This document shows positions 50,595 to 63,482 of a DNA stretch of 64,000 nucleotides, piece by piece. Both the position numbers and the translations under genes were made by a program. The DNA comes from Massalongia carnosa (taxonomy: Eukaryota), in assembly GCA_965645245.1 (NCBI GenBank), contig OZ287071.1:868001-932000 (forward strand), read 5' to 3'. A model generated the notes under the pieces. The model had not been told where the DNA came from. It worked only from the letters and a program-made list of their open reading frames with translations, and searched no databases. Numbering within the stretch: position 1 is the first letter of the stretch; every line of letters starts with the position of its first letter.

Positions 50595-52405
50595 ATGACC
50601 AAAAGGCAGGCAGAGGAATCGCTTGAAAATGTAGTATCCCGCGACTCTCCGGCTTTGAAGAAGCCACGCGTTGACGATTTGCCCGAGCGCAGCAAACAAC
50701 TCAGCAACTCCAATCTACCTACTGCTCCAGTGTTTGCCAACGTACATCGGCGGGAGGATGGCGAGAAGGGTATGGACGGTACTTCGGAGGTAGCGAAAGC
50801 TGAAGGTGAAGAGCTGGAAGAAGCTAGATCTCTTGCAGAGGCAGATGAGTTGGAGGAAGAGCAGTCAGCATATTCGGCGGCTTCACGGCAGACCGCTCCG
50901 CTAGATGGATATACGGATCTCTACTTGGACACGATTGATCGATCAGTGCTGGACTTTGATTTTGAGAAGCTCTGTTCTATCACTTTATCTAATATCAACG
51001 TCTACGCTTGCCTGGTTTGTGGGAAATACTATCAAGGTCGGGGGCCCAAGTCACACGCATACTTCCATGCTTTGGAGGTGGGACATCATGTCTACGTGAA
51101 TATGCAGTCAAAAAGGGTGTATGTACTGCCCGAAGGATACGAAGTGAAGAGTAAGAGCTTAGATGATATAAAATTCGTCGTAGATCCACAGCTGTCCAAG
51201 GACGAGGTCGCCAGCTTGGACAAAGAAGCCCAAGATGCATTGGACCTAAGCGGAAAGAAATATAGACCCGGTATGGCTGTGAGTTCTCAAAGATTTTACC
51301 AGTTCTGATTCAGTGTCTAGGCTTTGTTGGAATGAACAATATTAAGGAGAACGATTACTTTAACGTAATCATTCAAGCTCTCGCTCATATCCCTCCTCTA
51401 CGGAATTATTACATGCTCGAGGATCTCTCAAATAAATCCGAGCTGGTGCAGCGCTTCTCGGTCCTCGTTCGCAAAATCTGGAACACCCGAGCTTTCAAAA
51501 CCCACGTCTCCCCTCACGAGCTATTACAGCAAATTTCCCGTCAATCAAGCAAGCGCTTCGACTTGCTACATCAGTCCGACCCAGTAGACTTTCTAAGTTG
51601 GTTTCTCAACAATATGCATATAGCATTGGGCGGCAGCAAGACGAAGCCATCTACTAGCATCATTCATCGAATATTCCAGGGGAAGCTGAAAGTAGAGAGC
51701 CAGCAAATTACGGCGAAAGCGGATGCTGGCGATAGACTTCGATTTGAAGAGGCTGCCGAAGTGCTCGTAGATACTATGAGGTATTTAATGCTAACGTTAG
51801 ACTTACCTGCCGCTCCGCTGTTTCAGGATGAGCTCGATAAAAACATCATCCCTCAGGTATGGACTCCCCTCATGAAGCCAAACGGCCCCTATATTGCTTG
51901 AACTTACATCCCCACACAGATTCCCCTAACCGCCATCCTCTCCAAATACGACGGGCTTAAGTCGCAAGAGCATCTTAACACGCGCAAGCGCTACCGCCTC
52001 CTCCACCCGCTTCCGCCGTACCTCCTTTTCCACATCAAACGCTTCTCCAAGAACAAGTTTGTCTCCGAGCGCAACCCTACTATCGTCACCTTCCCCGTCC
52101 GCTCCCTCGATATGTCCCCCTACGTCGAGCCCAATCCTGTCCTGCACTCGCCCGGCGAACCCATCTGGTACGATCTGGTCGCGAACGTGACGCACGAGGC
52201 TGTGCGGACGCGCGACGATAGCGTGGAGGGCGAGGCGGAGCGGAAGGTATGGCGGGTGCAGGTTCGGGATCGGGCGAGGGATGAGTGGCTTGAGATACAG
52301 GACTTGTTTGTGGAGCGGGTGGCGACGGAGACGCTGTTCACCAAGGAGAGCTACCTTATGGTTTGGGAGAGGAGAAAAGACGTCAAGGGCAAGAACGCAC
52401 GGTGA
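50595..52405 (+). CDS. SAD1: U4/U6.U5 tri-snRNP protein Sad1/USP39; 2 introns
   Basis: LDFDFEKLCSITLSNINVYACLVCGKYYQGRG, GFVGMNNIKENDY, KRFSKNKFVSERNPTIVTFP, YDLVANVTH. Confidence 0.93.
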
Positions 52406-52911
52406 AGCGAAGGTCGATAGAAAGTCACTTGAAGCAACCCGGATTTCTTGCCGTTCGAGCCCAACAACACCTTCTTTACCGTAGTGGACACCACCCGTGT
52501 GCCGCGTTTTCTACCGAGTTAAAAGCCTACCTACACAACACATCACCTCTCTACCTTATCTTCAACACCTCTCCCGCCCCTTCCCCCCTTTCCTATCCTA
52601 AATAGATATGTACGTTGGTAGATACACCCATCTCTCCCGAACAAGACCCGACCCCTTTTCCGTACCCTGGTGTTTAGCTACGCAACAGACTCTATGCTGT
52701 GAGAGTTGTTTCTGAACTTAAGATTTTGGAGTGCCGGGTAGATGGCTCCCCTGATATTTAGTTGTAGGTATAATATGTTACATGTTAGATATCGTTACAT
52801 AGTGTCACCAAGTGACAACGTCTTGAGAGTCTTTTTCTATTGATAACTTGAGATGTTTTAGCTCAACATTCGTTTTCCAAAGAGTAAAGCAAGAAAGTAA
52901 AAGGGGGTTTT

Positions 52912-53498
52912 GATGATGTATTCATACTCGGATATGACACCGGCCGTAGGCCGGCCCATGCGGGCAAAGCTATCTAAGTTATGTTACATGGAAAACCTTT
53001 CACAGGTGTAAAAACCATGTCCCTTGATACCCGTCCGATGTGACTACGGGTCGACGTCGGGCGGGAGACGCAATGCAAAAGACGTGTGGGAACTGTAATG
53101 CCTTGTGAAAAGAGAAGAAAGAAAGAAAGGTTCAACTATTGTTGATTTTACAATAATGTTGATGCTAGTGAGAATTGATTCAATAAGCCTGTTTTCATTA
53201 GCCAAGCAGTTAGTATCTTCAGAGTTTTTGATGATTTGGTCAGCTACTGATAGTCGCTCGTGCCGGCGGCGCGAAACATCTGTTCTCTATTGTCAATAAG
53301 TCTGCAGAACATGATTACATGTTCTGGAGTTTGTCTGTGCCAGCCACATGAGCAGGCCGGTGAGGTGACGGAGGGCACCCGTCGCTTGTAGAGGAAGTCA
53401 GCTAACCCGATCTTGCCAGTGCGGATTTGAGTTGTTAGAGCGCTTTCTGCCTTTTTTAGCTGCGTGTGTATTTTCAGCCGTTTTTTGCTCAGTGGGAC
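52912..53498 (-). mobile_element. 5'-truncated copy (587 bp) of the same LINE
   Basis: Matches 33251-33837 with about a dozen substitutions by eye; 13-bp TSD AAAAGGGGGTTTT at 52899-52911 and 53499-53511. Confidence 0.95.
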
Positions 53499-53842
53499 AA
53501 AAGGGGGTTTTAAATTAGTAAATAAAAATAAAAATGAAAAAGGGCCGGTCTTATACAGGGGACTAAGTAGGCATCTTGGTATAGAAATATTTCATATTTT
53601 CTGAGAGGTATGAGTGAAGTTTCTCAATGGATAGCACACCCCGGCCATCAAAGGACAGATTAAAGGACAGAGCCTATGATCGCATAATTATTCAGACTGG
53701 CATCGCGAATCATACATAGACAAACCGACGAACCCTATATTCCATAAAAACTGCTGCTGCATGTAACCTGATAAAACCGTCGAACTAAGACCTCTATCTA
53801 GCCTAGTTCCCTTTAACTAACCCCCCCAAAAGACTAGCCAGT

Positions 53843-56284
53843 TCACCACAATCGCCATGCAAACCATGACTTGCCCGCCCACCACACCACGCCCGCCCCA
53901 AGCTGCCAAATCACATGCCCAAGCACAATTTCCATCCCGACACAGAGCGCGATCCTTGACATATAGTTGCCCATGAGGGACCATCCGCCCTGTAAACCAG
54001 CCCCAAACATTGTAAGTGTGGGGAAGACTTCACGACGCAAGCTCCGACGGAGTAACGAGGACGATGGCAGGAGGGGACCAGAGAACGGTGGGCTGGGCAA
54101 GGAGAGATAGTTTAACGCAACTGCGCGGACGAAGAAAGACTCGAGGGGGAGGAAAAGGATGCTGGCGATGTGGCTTGCGAGGTGGGAACTCAATGAAGCG
54201 GCAAGATGGGCGGTCAAAGCTGTGACGCGATGGTAGGAAGGTGCTGCAAGGAGAAGGGCTTTGTTTAGTTTTGGCTGTAAGAGGTTAGAGACATGGATTA
54301 GAGAGTGCTTACCTGTCTTCTCCTTGGAGGCGGTTGTGGCAGTGGTATTAGGTAATCCTGGGGCGTTAGGGAAGTTATTCCTGGAGAGCTCTTCGTTAAT
54401 TTCAGACCTATAAGGTAAAGAAGTAGTAGAATCAAGGCCGGGCGTAGGGGTGATATTTCTTGATGTTAGAGGATCGATGGTATTAACATCAGGAGGCGGC
54501 CCTGGAAAAGTCCTCGGCATAGGAGAGGGAGAATTAGACTGAAACGAGCCTGGGCGCGGTGAATAAGAATTATTAGAACCCTGGTCTTGACTATCGCCAT
54601 AAACATATTCGAGAGATACACTAGAGTCGAAGGGGATTGGGGTTTCTGGTCGGTGCTCTATTACAATCGCTGGTGGCCCAGATGATGAGATCTCAGAAAA
54701 TGTGCTATGAGTGTTGACAGGGGCGAGTGGATGTTCTTCATAGTCGCTGGCGCCTTCCTTTGCTAGCTCTTCTCGTCCTCCTTTCTTTCTCAGCCTACTA
54801 ACCAGTTCCCAGAACCCTCGAGCCATTTCTAAGACATTCTTCTTTAATTCGGCCCAGAACCCTTCTAGGCCGCGATCAGTAAGTTCCTCGCGTTGATGTG
54901 GGAGGCCAAGTCCAGGTATGGAGTCACGGTCTAGATTATCTATATCGGCACCTTCAAGTGAATAAAAGTCTGGATTCTCGGGCTTAGGAAGCACCGGAGA
55001 CATGTAGTTATAGAGGCTTTTGTCTACTTGTATCTTTGCATAGAACAATATCCACCAAATTGGCAAGGGGGAACTTATAAGCGCAGTCAGAAGCTGCACG
55101 CTAGAACTCAAGCTGAAGTTTGATGGTAAATTCTCAGCTTGAACTGGTGATAATGAAGTAAATGGAATTAGAGCCAAAGGATTGGGGAGTAGGGGCCAAC
55201 CGGGAATGAGAGCCAGTCTTTGTAGAGTAGCGAAGATTTCTAATGGGGCAACCAAGGTGAAGGTTGCTATTCGAAGACTATATTACCATGGTCAGCATAT
55301 GATTGCCTGAAATATCATTGCGAATTCAAGGCCATGTACACATTTTTGGCAACTTCCATGATCCATCCGATTTGACGACGGTGTTCCGAAGAGCCCAATT
55401 TCTCTATAACTCGGTGCATGAACCAACTATGAAGTGACTCGATAAAGTAAAATCGACCGAGATCTAGAACGTGAAAGGTCAGGGTTGCAGGTGCACCATC
55501 CAGGAAGAAATGTGCAGGGCCGAGGTGTTTTCCCTCAACTTTAAGGACCTCTAGTATCGGTATGTTCGCGTAAAACCTGAAAGCCTATCTCAGCATGTTT
55601 AATGAGTGTACCGTATCTTCCAAGAACTCTCACTGACCTGCATCCGATGTCTAAGACCGAGAAAGCAAGCGCTAGCGAGGCAGAACAGACCCAAATCAAC
55701 CGCTGTTATGAGAAGGCCAACTCCATTTTCCCTTCTGACACCCTCAATGTTTGATTTTTTGGCCGAGCTGCGCTGGTCTAACGACATTGATTTCATTGGC
55801 TTGTCACCCCTATCTTTACCAATACAAATCCCCACACTTGCAAGAACCTCATTCTGAGCTCTCCTTGACTGGCGACTTAGTAACCGTGAGACAAGATTTT
55901 GTGGATAGCCTCTACTATCATATTGCTGCACATAGTGTCCTGGGCTCGAAGCAGGAGTCTCATCTCGGGTAAGATCTGGTCTGTTCTCTGAAGAGTTGTT
56001 GAAGTTCTCTCTTGATAAGCTCCTCAAGGGCTCGTAAGGAGACCGACCCTGTGAGAGGATTCAGCCCATCTCATATACAGGATAGCGGTTGTCATGTTTT
56101 AACATATGCTCCTTTAATCGTCTGCAGTGGTCTTGTTAAAATGCATCAAAATTCGTTTAATACAACCAAATCAAAGGCTTAGGGGGACAAAGTTCAACCA
56201 AATAATTGTTTCACTCTAGGAAACCCCAGTTAAAATATCTTGACTCACCAGCGCCAGCGTTGTTATATAGGGTTGACGGCCCAT
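53843..56284 (-). CDS. Conserved hypothetical membrane protein; multi-exon
   Basis: MGRQPYITTLAL|gtgagt...cag|GRSPYEPL, YDSRGYPQN...RRAQNEVLASVG, PLEIFATLQRL, HRVTALTAH, hydrophobic C-terminus ending FAWRLW. Confidence 0.7.
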
Positions 56285-56632
56285 TTTGCCAGTGTTAACA
56301 TCCGCAAGCGCCTGTGGTGGACCACATAAATGCCATGATATGGATGAATTGGAGATGTGTTATTCTTGGTTGAGTACTTCTTCACGAAGTTGCTACTCTT
56401 AGCCGCTCAGGTCTAAAGTGCTTCTGCGTTACAAGCTGGAGTTATCAGTGCCTAATTAGCCTTAACTACCACGTGATGATACTCTAATCTCAGCCATAAG
56501 CCACATCAAGTCTAGATTAGAATTAGATTAGATTAGAGCCTTCTCCCATCCTCTTCCCGTATTCTCTACTCGTACATCAAATGAGTTTATACCGCATTAT
56601 CTACCCTTGTTGTGTGCAAGAGCACTATAACC

Positions 56633-59474
56633 ATGCTTCCAAGGGCCACTGTAACTAGTACCTTTGAGCCTGAACAAGTCATTCAACCCATTTATACAGG
56701 AGGGGATGTAGCCCTCGACAGGACAGGTCGGATACTGGCAACATGCCTGGGTGAAGAAGCGCTGATTACAGATCTCAGCACTGGCAACTTACTCGCTCGT
56801 GTAGAGGGTGTAGGGCTTGATTATTTTGATTCAAATGAGCCTTGCTAATAAGGCATGCAGGATGGCGAGATTTTAACAGCACTTACCAGTATGGCTAAAG
56901 GACCGCATTGGACGCGCATGATGCTAATCAGATATTTTAGTCTCTCCTTCCGCATCACATATTATACTATGCTCGCGCTCACAATCAATGCAAATTCATG
57001 CCTTGAAGTTCTCTGAGAAAGCAAGCTTCGCTGTCAAAACATCATTGCTGACGACATTGAAACCCCACGCCACCCCTGTCGTCAGTATTGCAGTAGACCG
57101 GACGAGTACTTTGGTCGCCACTGGTAGTGCTGATGGTGTAATAAAGGTATGGGACATTCGAGGTGGATATGTTACTCATACCTTACGGGGCCATAGCGGG
57201 GTCATCTCTGTGCTGCATTTCTTCGAGACTGCCGAACCCGAGGTAGAAAACCATGAATCGATACGGCACAAAAAGAAGAAGAATCACAACAGCAGAGAGC
57301 GCCAGGATGAAGTTATGACTGATGTGGATTTAAACGCCAGCAAGTCAACAGTATCTTTCCGGCTAGCCTCAGGCAGCGAGGCGGGCCCGATTCGGATATG
57401 GGATCTTGCGAAACGTAAGGCAATTGCGACTCTAGACTCTCACGTCTCGGTTGTACGTGGATTACAGTACTTGCCAGAATTCGACTTTCTGGTGTCAGCC
57501 AGTCGAGACAAAACCGTAGTGCTCTGGGACACCAAGAGTTGGAAAGCTGAAAAGGTTGTTCCTGTTCTCGAAGGAGTTGAGGCTGTGGGTTTTATCAAAG
57601 ACGGTTCTTTGTTCTATATTGGAGGCGAGAATGGGAGGTTACGGATTTGGGAGACTATCAGTGGAAGAGAAATCACCAAAGAACAGGAGGTAGGTGGAGA
57701 AGCGGATGGGATTGTGCATGTAATCCACAATTCCAATCTAGATTTTATTCTCAGTGTGCACGCAGACCAAAGCCTGATTCTTCATTCGATTGCATCTCTC
57801 TCGCTCCCCAACACCCCCGGACTTTCAATTGAGCCTTTACCTATTCTTCGACGAATATCAGGTACCCATGACGAAATCATTGATCTCGCCTATATAACAC
57901 CTGAGCGAGGTCTTCTAGCTTTGGCAACAAACTCCGAGAACCTACGGCTGATATCCCTTTCCGTTGTCGCCAAAAACGCAGACCATGTTGCCACGGGAGC
58001 CTACTTTGGCGCTGACGTGGCATTGCTGGAAGGTCATGAAGACATAATCGTTTGTCTAGATGTAGATTGGTCTGGTTGCTGGCTTGCCACAGGCGCTAAA
58101 GATAACACTGCTCGCCTATGGCGAATTGATCATGCCAGAAATGCCTTCCAGCACTTTGCCACTTTCACAGGCCACGCTGAATCCATCGGGGCAATCTCAT
58201 TGCCTTGCAGTGCGCCACTGATTAGCTCCGATGCGCACAAGAATCCTCTTGACCATATACCCCCCTTTCTTCTGACAGGCTCCCAGGACAGAACGGTGAA
58301 GAAATGGGACGTCAGCAAAGTTCAGGCCTCAAAGCCAAACCAGCATGCACCCCGAGCGCTATACACCCGGAAAGCACACGATAAAGATATCAATGCTATA
58401 TCAGTAAACCACAACTCCAATCTTTTCGCTTCCGCGTCCCAAGATCGTACAGTCAAGATCTGGTCGGTACATGAAGGTGAAGTTCAAGGGGTCCTTCGCG
58501 GCCACCGTCGAGGAGTTTGGTCTGTCAAGTTCCCTCCTAAAGATACGCCTCCTTTAATCGGCGAAAATGGCACAGCTAGCACAAGCCGCGGTCTCGTTCT
58601 AACCGGTAGCGGCGATAAAACCGTTAAGATATGGAGTCTGACAGATTACAGCTGTCTCCGCACCCTGGAAGGCCATACAAACAGCGTTCTCAAAGTCCTC
58701 TGGATGCCTCTTCCGTCCACCACAGCGGCCACCACTGCAGCAGTGTCGTCTCCCAAATTCAACCTTCAAATCGCTAGCGCGGGAGGCGACGGTTTAGTTA
58801 AGATCTGGAACGCCAACACAGGCGAAACTGCCGCCACACTTGACAACCATGCCGACAGGATATGGGCACTAACCGTCAACCCAGCCACCAACACCCTCGT
58901 CTCGGGGGGGGGGGACAGCACCGTCACGTTCTGGAAAGACACCACGTCCGCGACCATCGCTGCTAGCGCAGCCGCCTCTGTCGTGCGCGTAGAGCAGGAG
59001 CAGCAACTGCAGAACCACATCCACCGGGGCAACTACCGCGAAGCCATCATCCTAGCCCTGCAGCTCAACCACCCGGCCCGCTTACTCGCGCTGTTCCAAG
59101 GAGTCGTGGATCGCCGACCGCTGGAAGCGGGGTCCCTGTCCGGCTTGCTGGCTGTGGATGAGGTGCTGGCAAGCCTGAGCGACGAGCAGTTATTGCTACT
59201 GATGGGCCGGGTGCGGAATTGGAACACGAACGCGCGGACCGCGGTGGTGGCACAGAGGGTCCTGGGGGTGGTGGTGCGGTCGTATTCGGCGGAAAGGTTG
59301 GCGGGGATTAGGGGCAGGGGTTGGAAGGAGGTGTTGACGGCGCTAAGGGCCTATACGGAGAGGCACTATAAGCGGACGGAGGATTTGGTGGATGAGAGCT
59401 ATTTGCTAGATTTCACGTTGAGGGAGATGGAGGAGACAAGTTTTGTAGGAGGGAAACAGATAACCGTGGTTTGA
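56633..59474 (+). CDS. UTP13: U3 snoRNA-associated protein Utp13 (TBL3), WD40; 2 short 5' introns
   Basis: IQPIYTGG, many WD repeats, AHDKDINA, C-terminal Utp13 domain LLMGRVRNWNTNARTAVVAQ...AYTERHYKR. Confidence 0.93.
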
Positions 59475-59661
59475 TGAGCACAATGTAGATTCTTTCACTG
59501 GGAAAGAGATGTATGTAAGATCAGCCTGGTAGACAAGACCGTTAGAACTCAGGACTAGAGTCCCAAAAGCAAACCTCAAAATTTAGAAATGATTGATTGA
59601 TTACCTGTTCCTCCTTGGAACCCCCCTATCCGACTCTATCACTCCAACCCCGATCACTGGC

Positions 59662-60274
59662 TTAAGACCTTGACGACACCCTCATATTTGCCCTCACTCT
59701 CTCGAGCAGGTCCTCCCTCGTCGCCGTCCCAGTAGGGAGCAACTTCCTCTTTTTCCCCAGCACCCCTCATCATCAGCAAAACCAAAAAAAAAACATCCGT
59801 CCTCTCCTTAAAAACGGAAAAAGGCTCTCACCGCATCAAGCCAGCGCGTTAGCTCCGAATCCGTCCATGATGCCGGATCTGTTCCGAGCAGTGACTCAGC
59901 GCTTGCTACTCTCGAACTGTTCCGAAACGAACTTTAAGGGTGATATAAAACGGGTATGAGGCGGGGGAGAGCTATCGGAACGTACCACCGGTAGGATCTT
60001 TGTCCGTCGGAAACACATCGCCGTTCCAGATCGTCCATGCGGTGACCGCGGTGATAAGACCGGCGAACCCTACATGGGATGGTTGTTTCAACTTGTCAAA
60101 CCGAGCTCGTCTCTCTTGCTGAATATGTTTTGGGGAGGGGAGCGGGGAAGAATGTACCGAGAAGTGCGTTCTGGAGATAAAAAAGTTGGTCAGCTTCGGA
60201 CTCTTGGAGAATAGGGGGAGGGGACCGGAAATACGCACTCGGGATTGCATGGCTTTATCGAGAGGAGTAGGCAT
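59662..60274 (-). CDS. Small conserved fungal single-TM protein (~88 aa, 5 exons including a 13-nt micro-exon at 60170-60158)
   Basis: Hand-spliced: MPTPLDKAMQSR/NALL/GFAGLITAVTAWTIWNGDVFPTDKDPTG/DPASWTDSELTRWLDA/RKLLPTGTATREDLLERVRANMRVSSRS*. Confidence 0.75.
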
Positions 60275-60370
60275 TTAGGTAGTTATAATGGGGTGGATTG
60301 GAGTTGTAAAAGGGCCTTGAACTACTACTTGACTGCGCCACATTCCCATCCGCTAATCAACTTAACTAGC

Positions 60371-60602
60371 CACGCGGTGCGAAAAAAAGTTGACACACCG
60401 AAATAAGACTCCCACCAATACATGACTTACTTCTATGATTTGTTTTAAAGGTACAAAACGAATAGTTACTACTTAGATTTATGATTTAAAATCAATTGTT
60501 TGACTTTTACGATCGTACAGAAAGATAATTTTGTAATTGTGTTTTGAGGAGTAAGTTGATGAAATCCTGATTTGGTGTGTCAACTTTTTTTCGAACCGCA
60601 TG
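60371..60602. mobile_element. 232-bp MITE with 29-bp TIRs
   Basis: TIR CA(C/T)GCGGT(G/T)CGAAAAAAAGTTGACACACC (27/29 identical), flanked by CTAGC on both sides; AT-rich interior. Confidence 0.85.
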
Positions 60603-60776
60603 CTAGCCACGCTAATTAACTAGTTAACTAAGGGCTTCGCTAAACCTTATTAGCAGCACCCACAGACCCAATTTCAGGTACGCCAACCCCAAGAATGAAA
60701 CTTCCATCTACCTACTTTGTACTTAAGTCAACAACATCTCTCTTCCACTACCATCTTTTCTTATCATCGGCTCACC

Positions 60777-61497
60777 ATGCCTAAAGAAGTCTCCGACATC
60801 AAGCAGTTTATCGAGATCTGCCGGCGCAATGATGCAACTTGTACCACCCCCCCCCCCCCCAAAACCATCAATGTGCTATCCCCAACCCGCTGCTTGCTAG
60901 AATAAGTTTTATTCATGGATATATCCCATACAATCTCCTTTCACCAATCAAACTGTTGCTGCTTGCGCGCTGGGAAGAAAGGATGGCTCAATCAGTCAAT
61001 CGAAAACCTCATAAGTATGATGCTAATGTAATGAGCAAAATTAGCGGCGCGTATAAAGCGCAATCGAAAATCGCAGCAGATCAAGTTCAAAGTGCGCTGC
61101 CACCGGTTCCTCTACACGCTTGTGCTCAAGGACGCCGATAAGGCGGATAAGTTGAAGCAAAGCCTGCCGCCAAGTAAGGACTCCTATTGTTATTTTCGCG
61201 CCTTTCTCTTGCCTTTCTTTGTTGCAGCTTTGCTGCGCCTTGGCTCCGAGCCATTGGGAAGATCCCTTTGGAGGATCACTACCTGGTTTGGTTGAGGCTT
61301 TGGGAGATTGACGAGGAGAGAGGGAAAGGATGCTATGGGAGACACCGTGGATAATTTAAGTTCAGATGCTGGGAAGGAGAACGCAGGCTTCAGCGTATCT
61401 GTTGTGGAATATATGCTGACCCCTATTTTTCACAACGGTAGATCTTACGATCAACGATGTACCGAAGAAGAATAAGAAGGGTAAGAGAGTCGCTTGA
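60777..61497 (+). CDS. RPL38: 60S ribosomal protein L38; exons 60777-60840, 61045-61173, 61442-61497
   Basis: [82 protein letters not shown]. Confidence 0.95.
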
Positions 61498-61738
61498 AAG
61501 CTGGGGTTCCTTTAGTATTGGGGGTAGGGATGGGAACGGATTGAGAGTCGCAATACGTTTCAATCTCGGAATTAGGCTTGGCTATGTATGAACAATGGAG
61601 CCAGGGCCTTCAAAAGACAATACTAGATGGTGGTGCTCCATCTCATGTGCGATTACCTAGCATCAAACTATGGTCGTAGAGCACAAGCACCATTATTCTA
61701 TCGGAAATAGCTCTTTGGTAGTCTTTGGAATTGCGTTT

Positions 61739-63482
61739 CTAGGTATCTTCAAACACTTTAAACTTGACAATCTCCACTTCCAGGGTGTCCATATCCAGCA
61801 ACACGACCTCACCCGTTTCCTTGAACTTCGGCACTGCAATCAAGCGCACTGTTTGTCCTGCCGGCCCTTCGATGCTTTTAGTTTCGAGCTTGGGCTGGTT
61901 ACCCACAAAAAATACGTGAGGGCACTCGTTGATTACAAATGGTTCTGTTTCTTGAAAGGGATAACACCCTGTACATTAAGCTTGAGTGAGCATTCTCTCC
62001 ATCATTTGAGGGCAGGAATTCAAGATGAGTTCTCGAGCAGAGAACTTACACAAAGTATCAGGAGCAGTTGGCGCGCCGCATCTCCACCTTAACAAGTGCT
62101 CGATCATCTCCAGTCGGTCATCACCCTCCACATACTTGAACACATCATCGATTGGTTGACCTGCATTTCCCATGATTCTCCAACCATCTACATCACCTTC
62201 CCAAGGATTGGTAACACTATCGAACCACCCGGGCTCGTCAGATCCGGGTATAGCTGAATATGCCCTACTATGCGAGAACATTGCCGGATGGATGGGTTGT
62301 TGTGGTAATGAGACATTTGCTGGATCGCATTCCCCGGGAAGAAGAGTTATCGGAATTGACGGGAGGAGAGTAGCAAGAAAGTTATCAAGATGAGCAGTCG
62401 GGACGGGGTTGTAGGCGGTAGCGTCGTAGCCGTATTTCTTATTGGCTTTCTTTTCTGGCAAATCATCCCGAGAGGTCAGGAGAATTCCTTCGCTTATGGA
62501 GTTTCCTGCGATGAAGAGCCGTGAGATTTTGCACACTTCTTTCTGGATGGAAGGGCCGCACGCTTCGCCGAGAAGATATTCCATGAAAAGATCAAGGGCT
62601 AGGGTGTCCGCATGATCTCCATTGAAACCCAAACCGCTCACGATTGCTATTTTTCCGCCTTCCATCCGGCTTCCTTCCGCCTTGATTTTGCTTTTCTTAT
62701 CATTACTAGCTAGTGCAACTGAACCATCATCTCGTTCCCAGCGCTGCGGTTGTCTGGGAAGGTCGGGAATCTTCAAATCCAGAATCTCAAAATCTCCGTT
62801 TGCATTCTCAGTTCCCATAACCGCTATAATACAACCCGTAACGAGCATGGATATTTGTAAAGGTGTTCCAATTAGTCGAAGGCGTCCTGATTCGTCCTCG
62901 AGCATGGTCTGGTCTTGACCGGACGGGGAGACATATTTCGTACGAGGTGGAGGTGCAGAAATCCAATGCTACGATACATTGAGACATTTTACATGCAAGT
63001 GGTTTTGGAGGGGTACTGAACCTACGTCCTTCGATATATCGTCCAGGATATTAGGCTTCAATGGCATGTCCATGTAGACTGTGCCTGCAACCCAGCAGAG
63101 CTCGCCCTGCCTAACATCAAGTACCCTATCAACGCGACGTACGCTCTCGCCTGCTATCTGTAATCCTCGCACCAGTCATTCCAGTAACCTTAGCGAAGGA
63201 TACTCACCTCGAAATCCTTCCAGCTTTCTTTAGCAATGGCTTCTACGGCAGGCTTAAGCTTTGCAAGCCGGACATAATACATGTCTCCATATTGCTGCTG
63301 ATAGTGCTTCTGGTCACCTTTTGCAAGCCGAAAGGTGTGGAGGGGGTTGTAGGAGGACAAATGGCGATGAAGGGTGGGGTATTCCTGGCCTCTTAGAAGT
63401 GGTGAGTCCTAGAAGACGAGGCTAGGTAGATTATCACTTACGATGAAGGTTGTAAAAGGTCACTAAAATCAGGTTGTTTCAT
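61739..63482 (-). CDS. POL31: DNA polymerase delta small subunit (POLD2); multi-exon
   Basis: YQQQYGDMYYVRLAKL, GTVYMDMPLKPNILDD, LEDESGRLRL, LPGECDPANVSLPQQPIH, APTAPDTL/WCYPF, CPHVFFVGNQP. Confidence 0.93.

Noticed and set aside
61174..61441. Intronic snoRNA or alternative exon in the long RPL38 intron (likewise RPL36 intron 1723-1987)
   Set aside because: No clear C/D or H/ACA box arrangement found by eye; needs an Infernal/Rfam scan.
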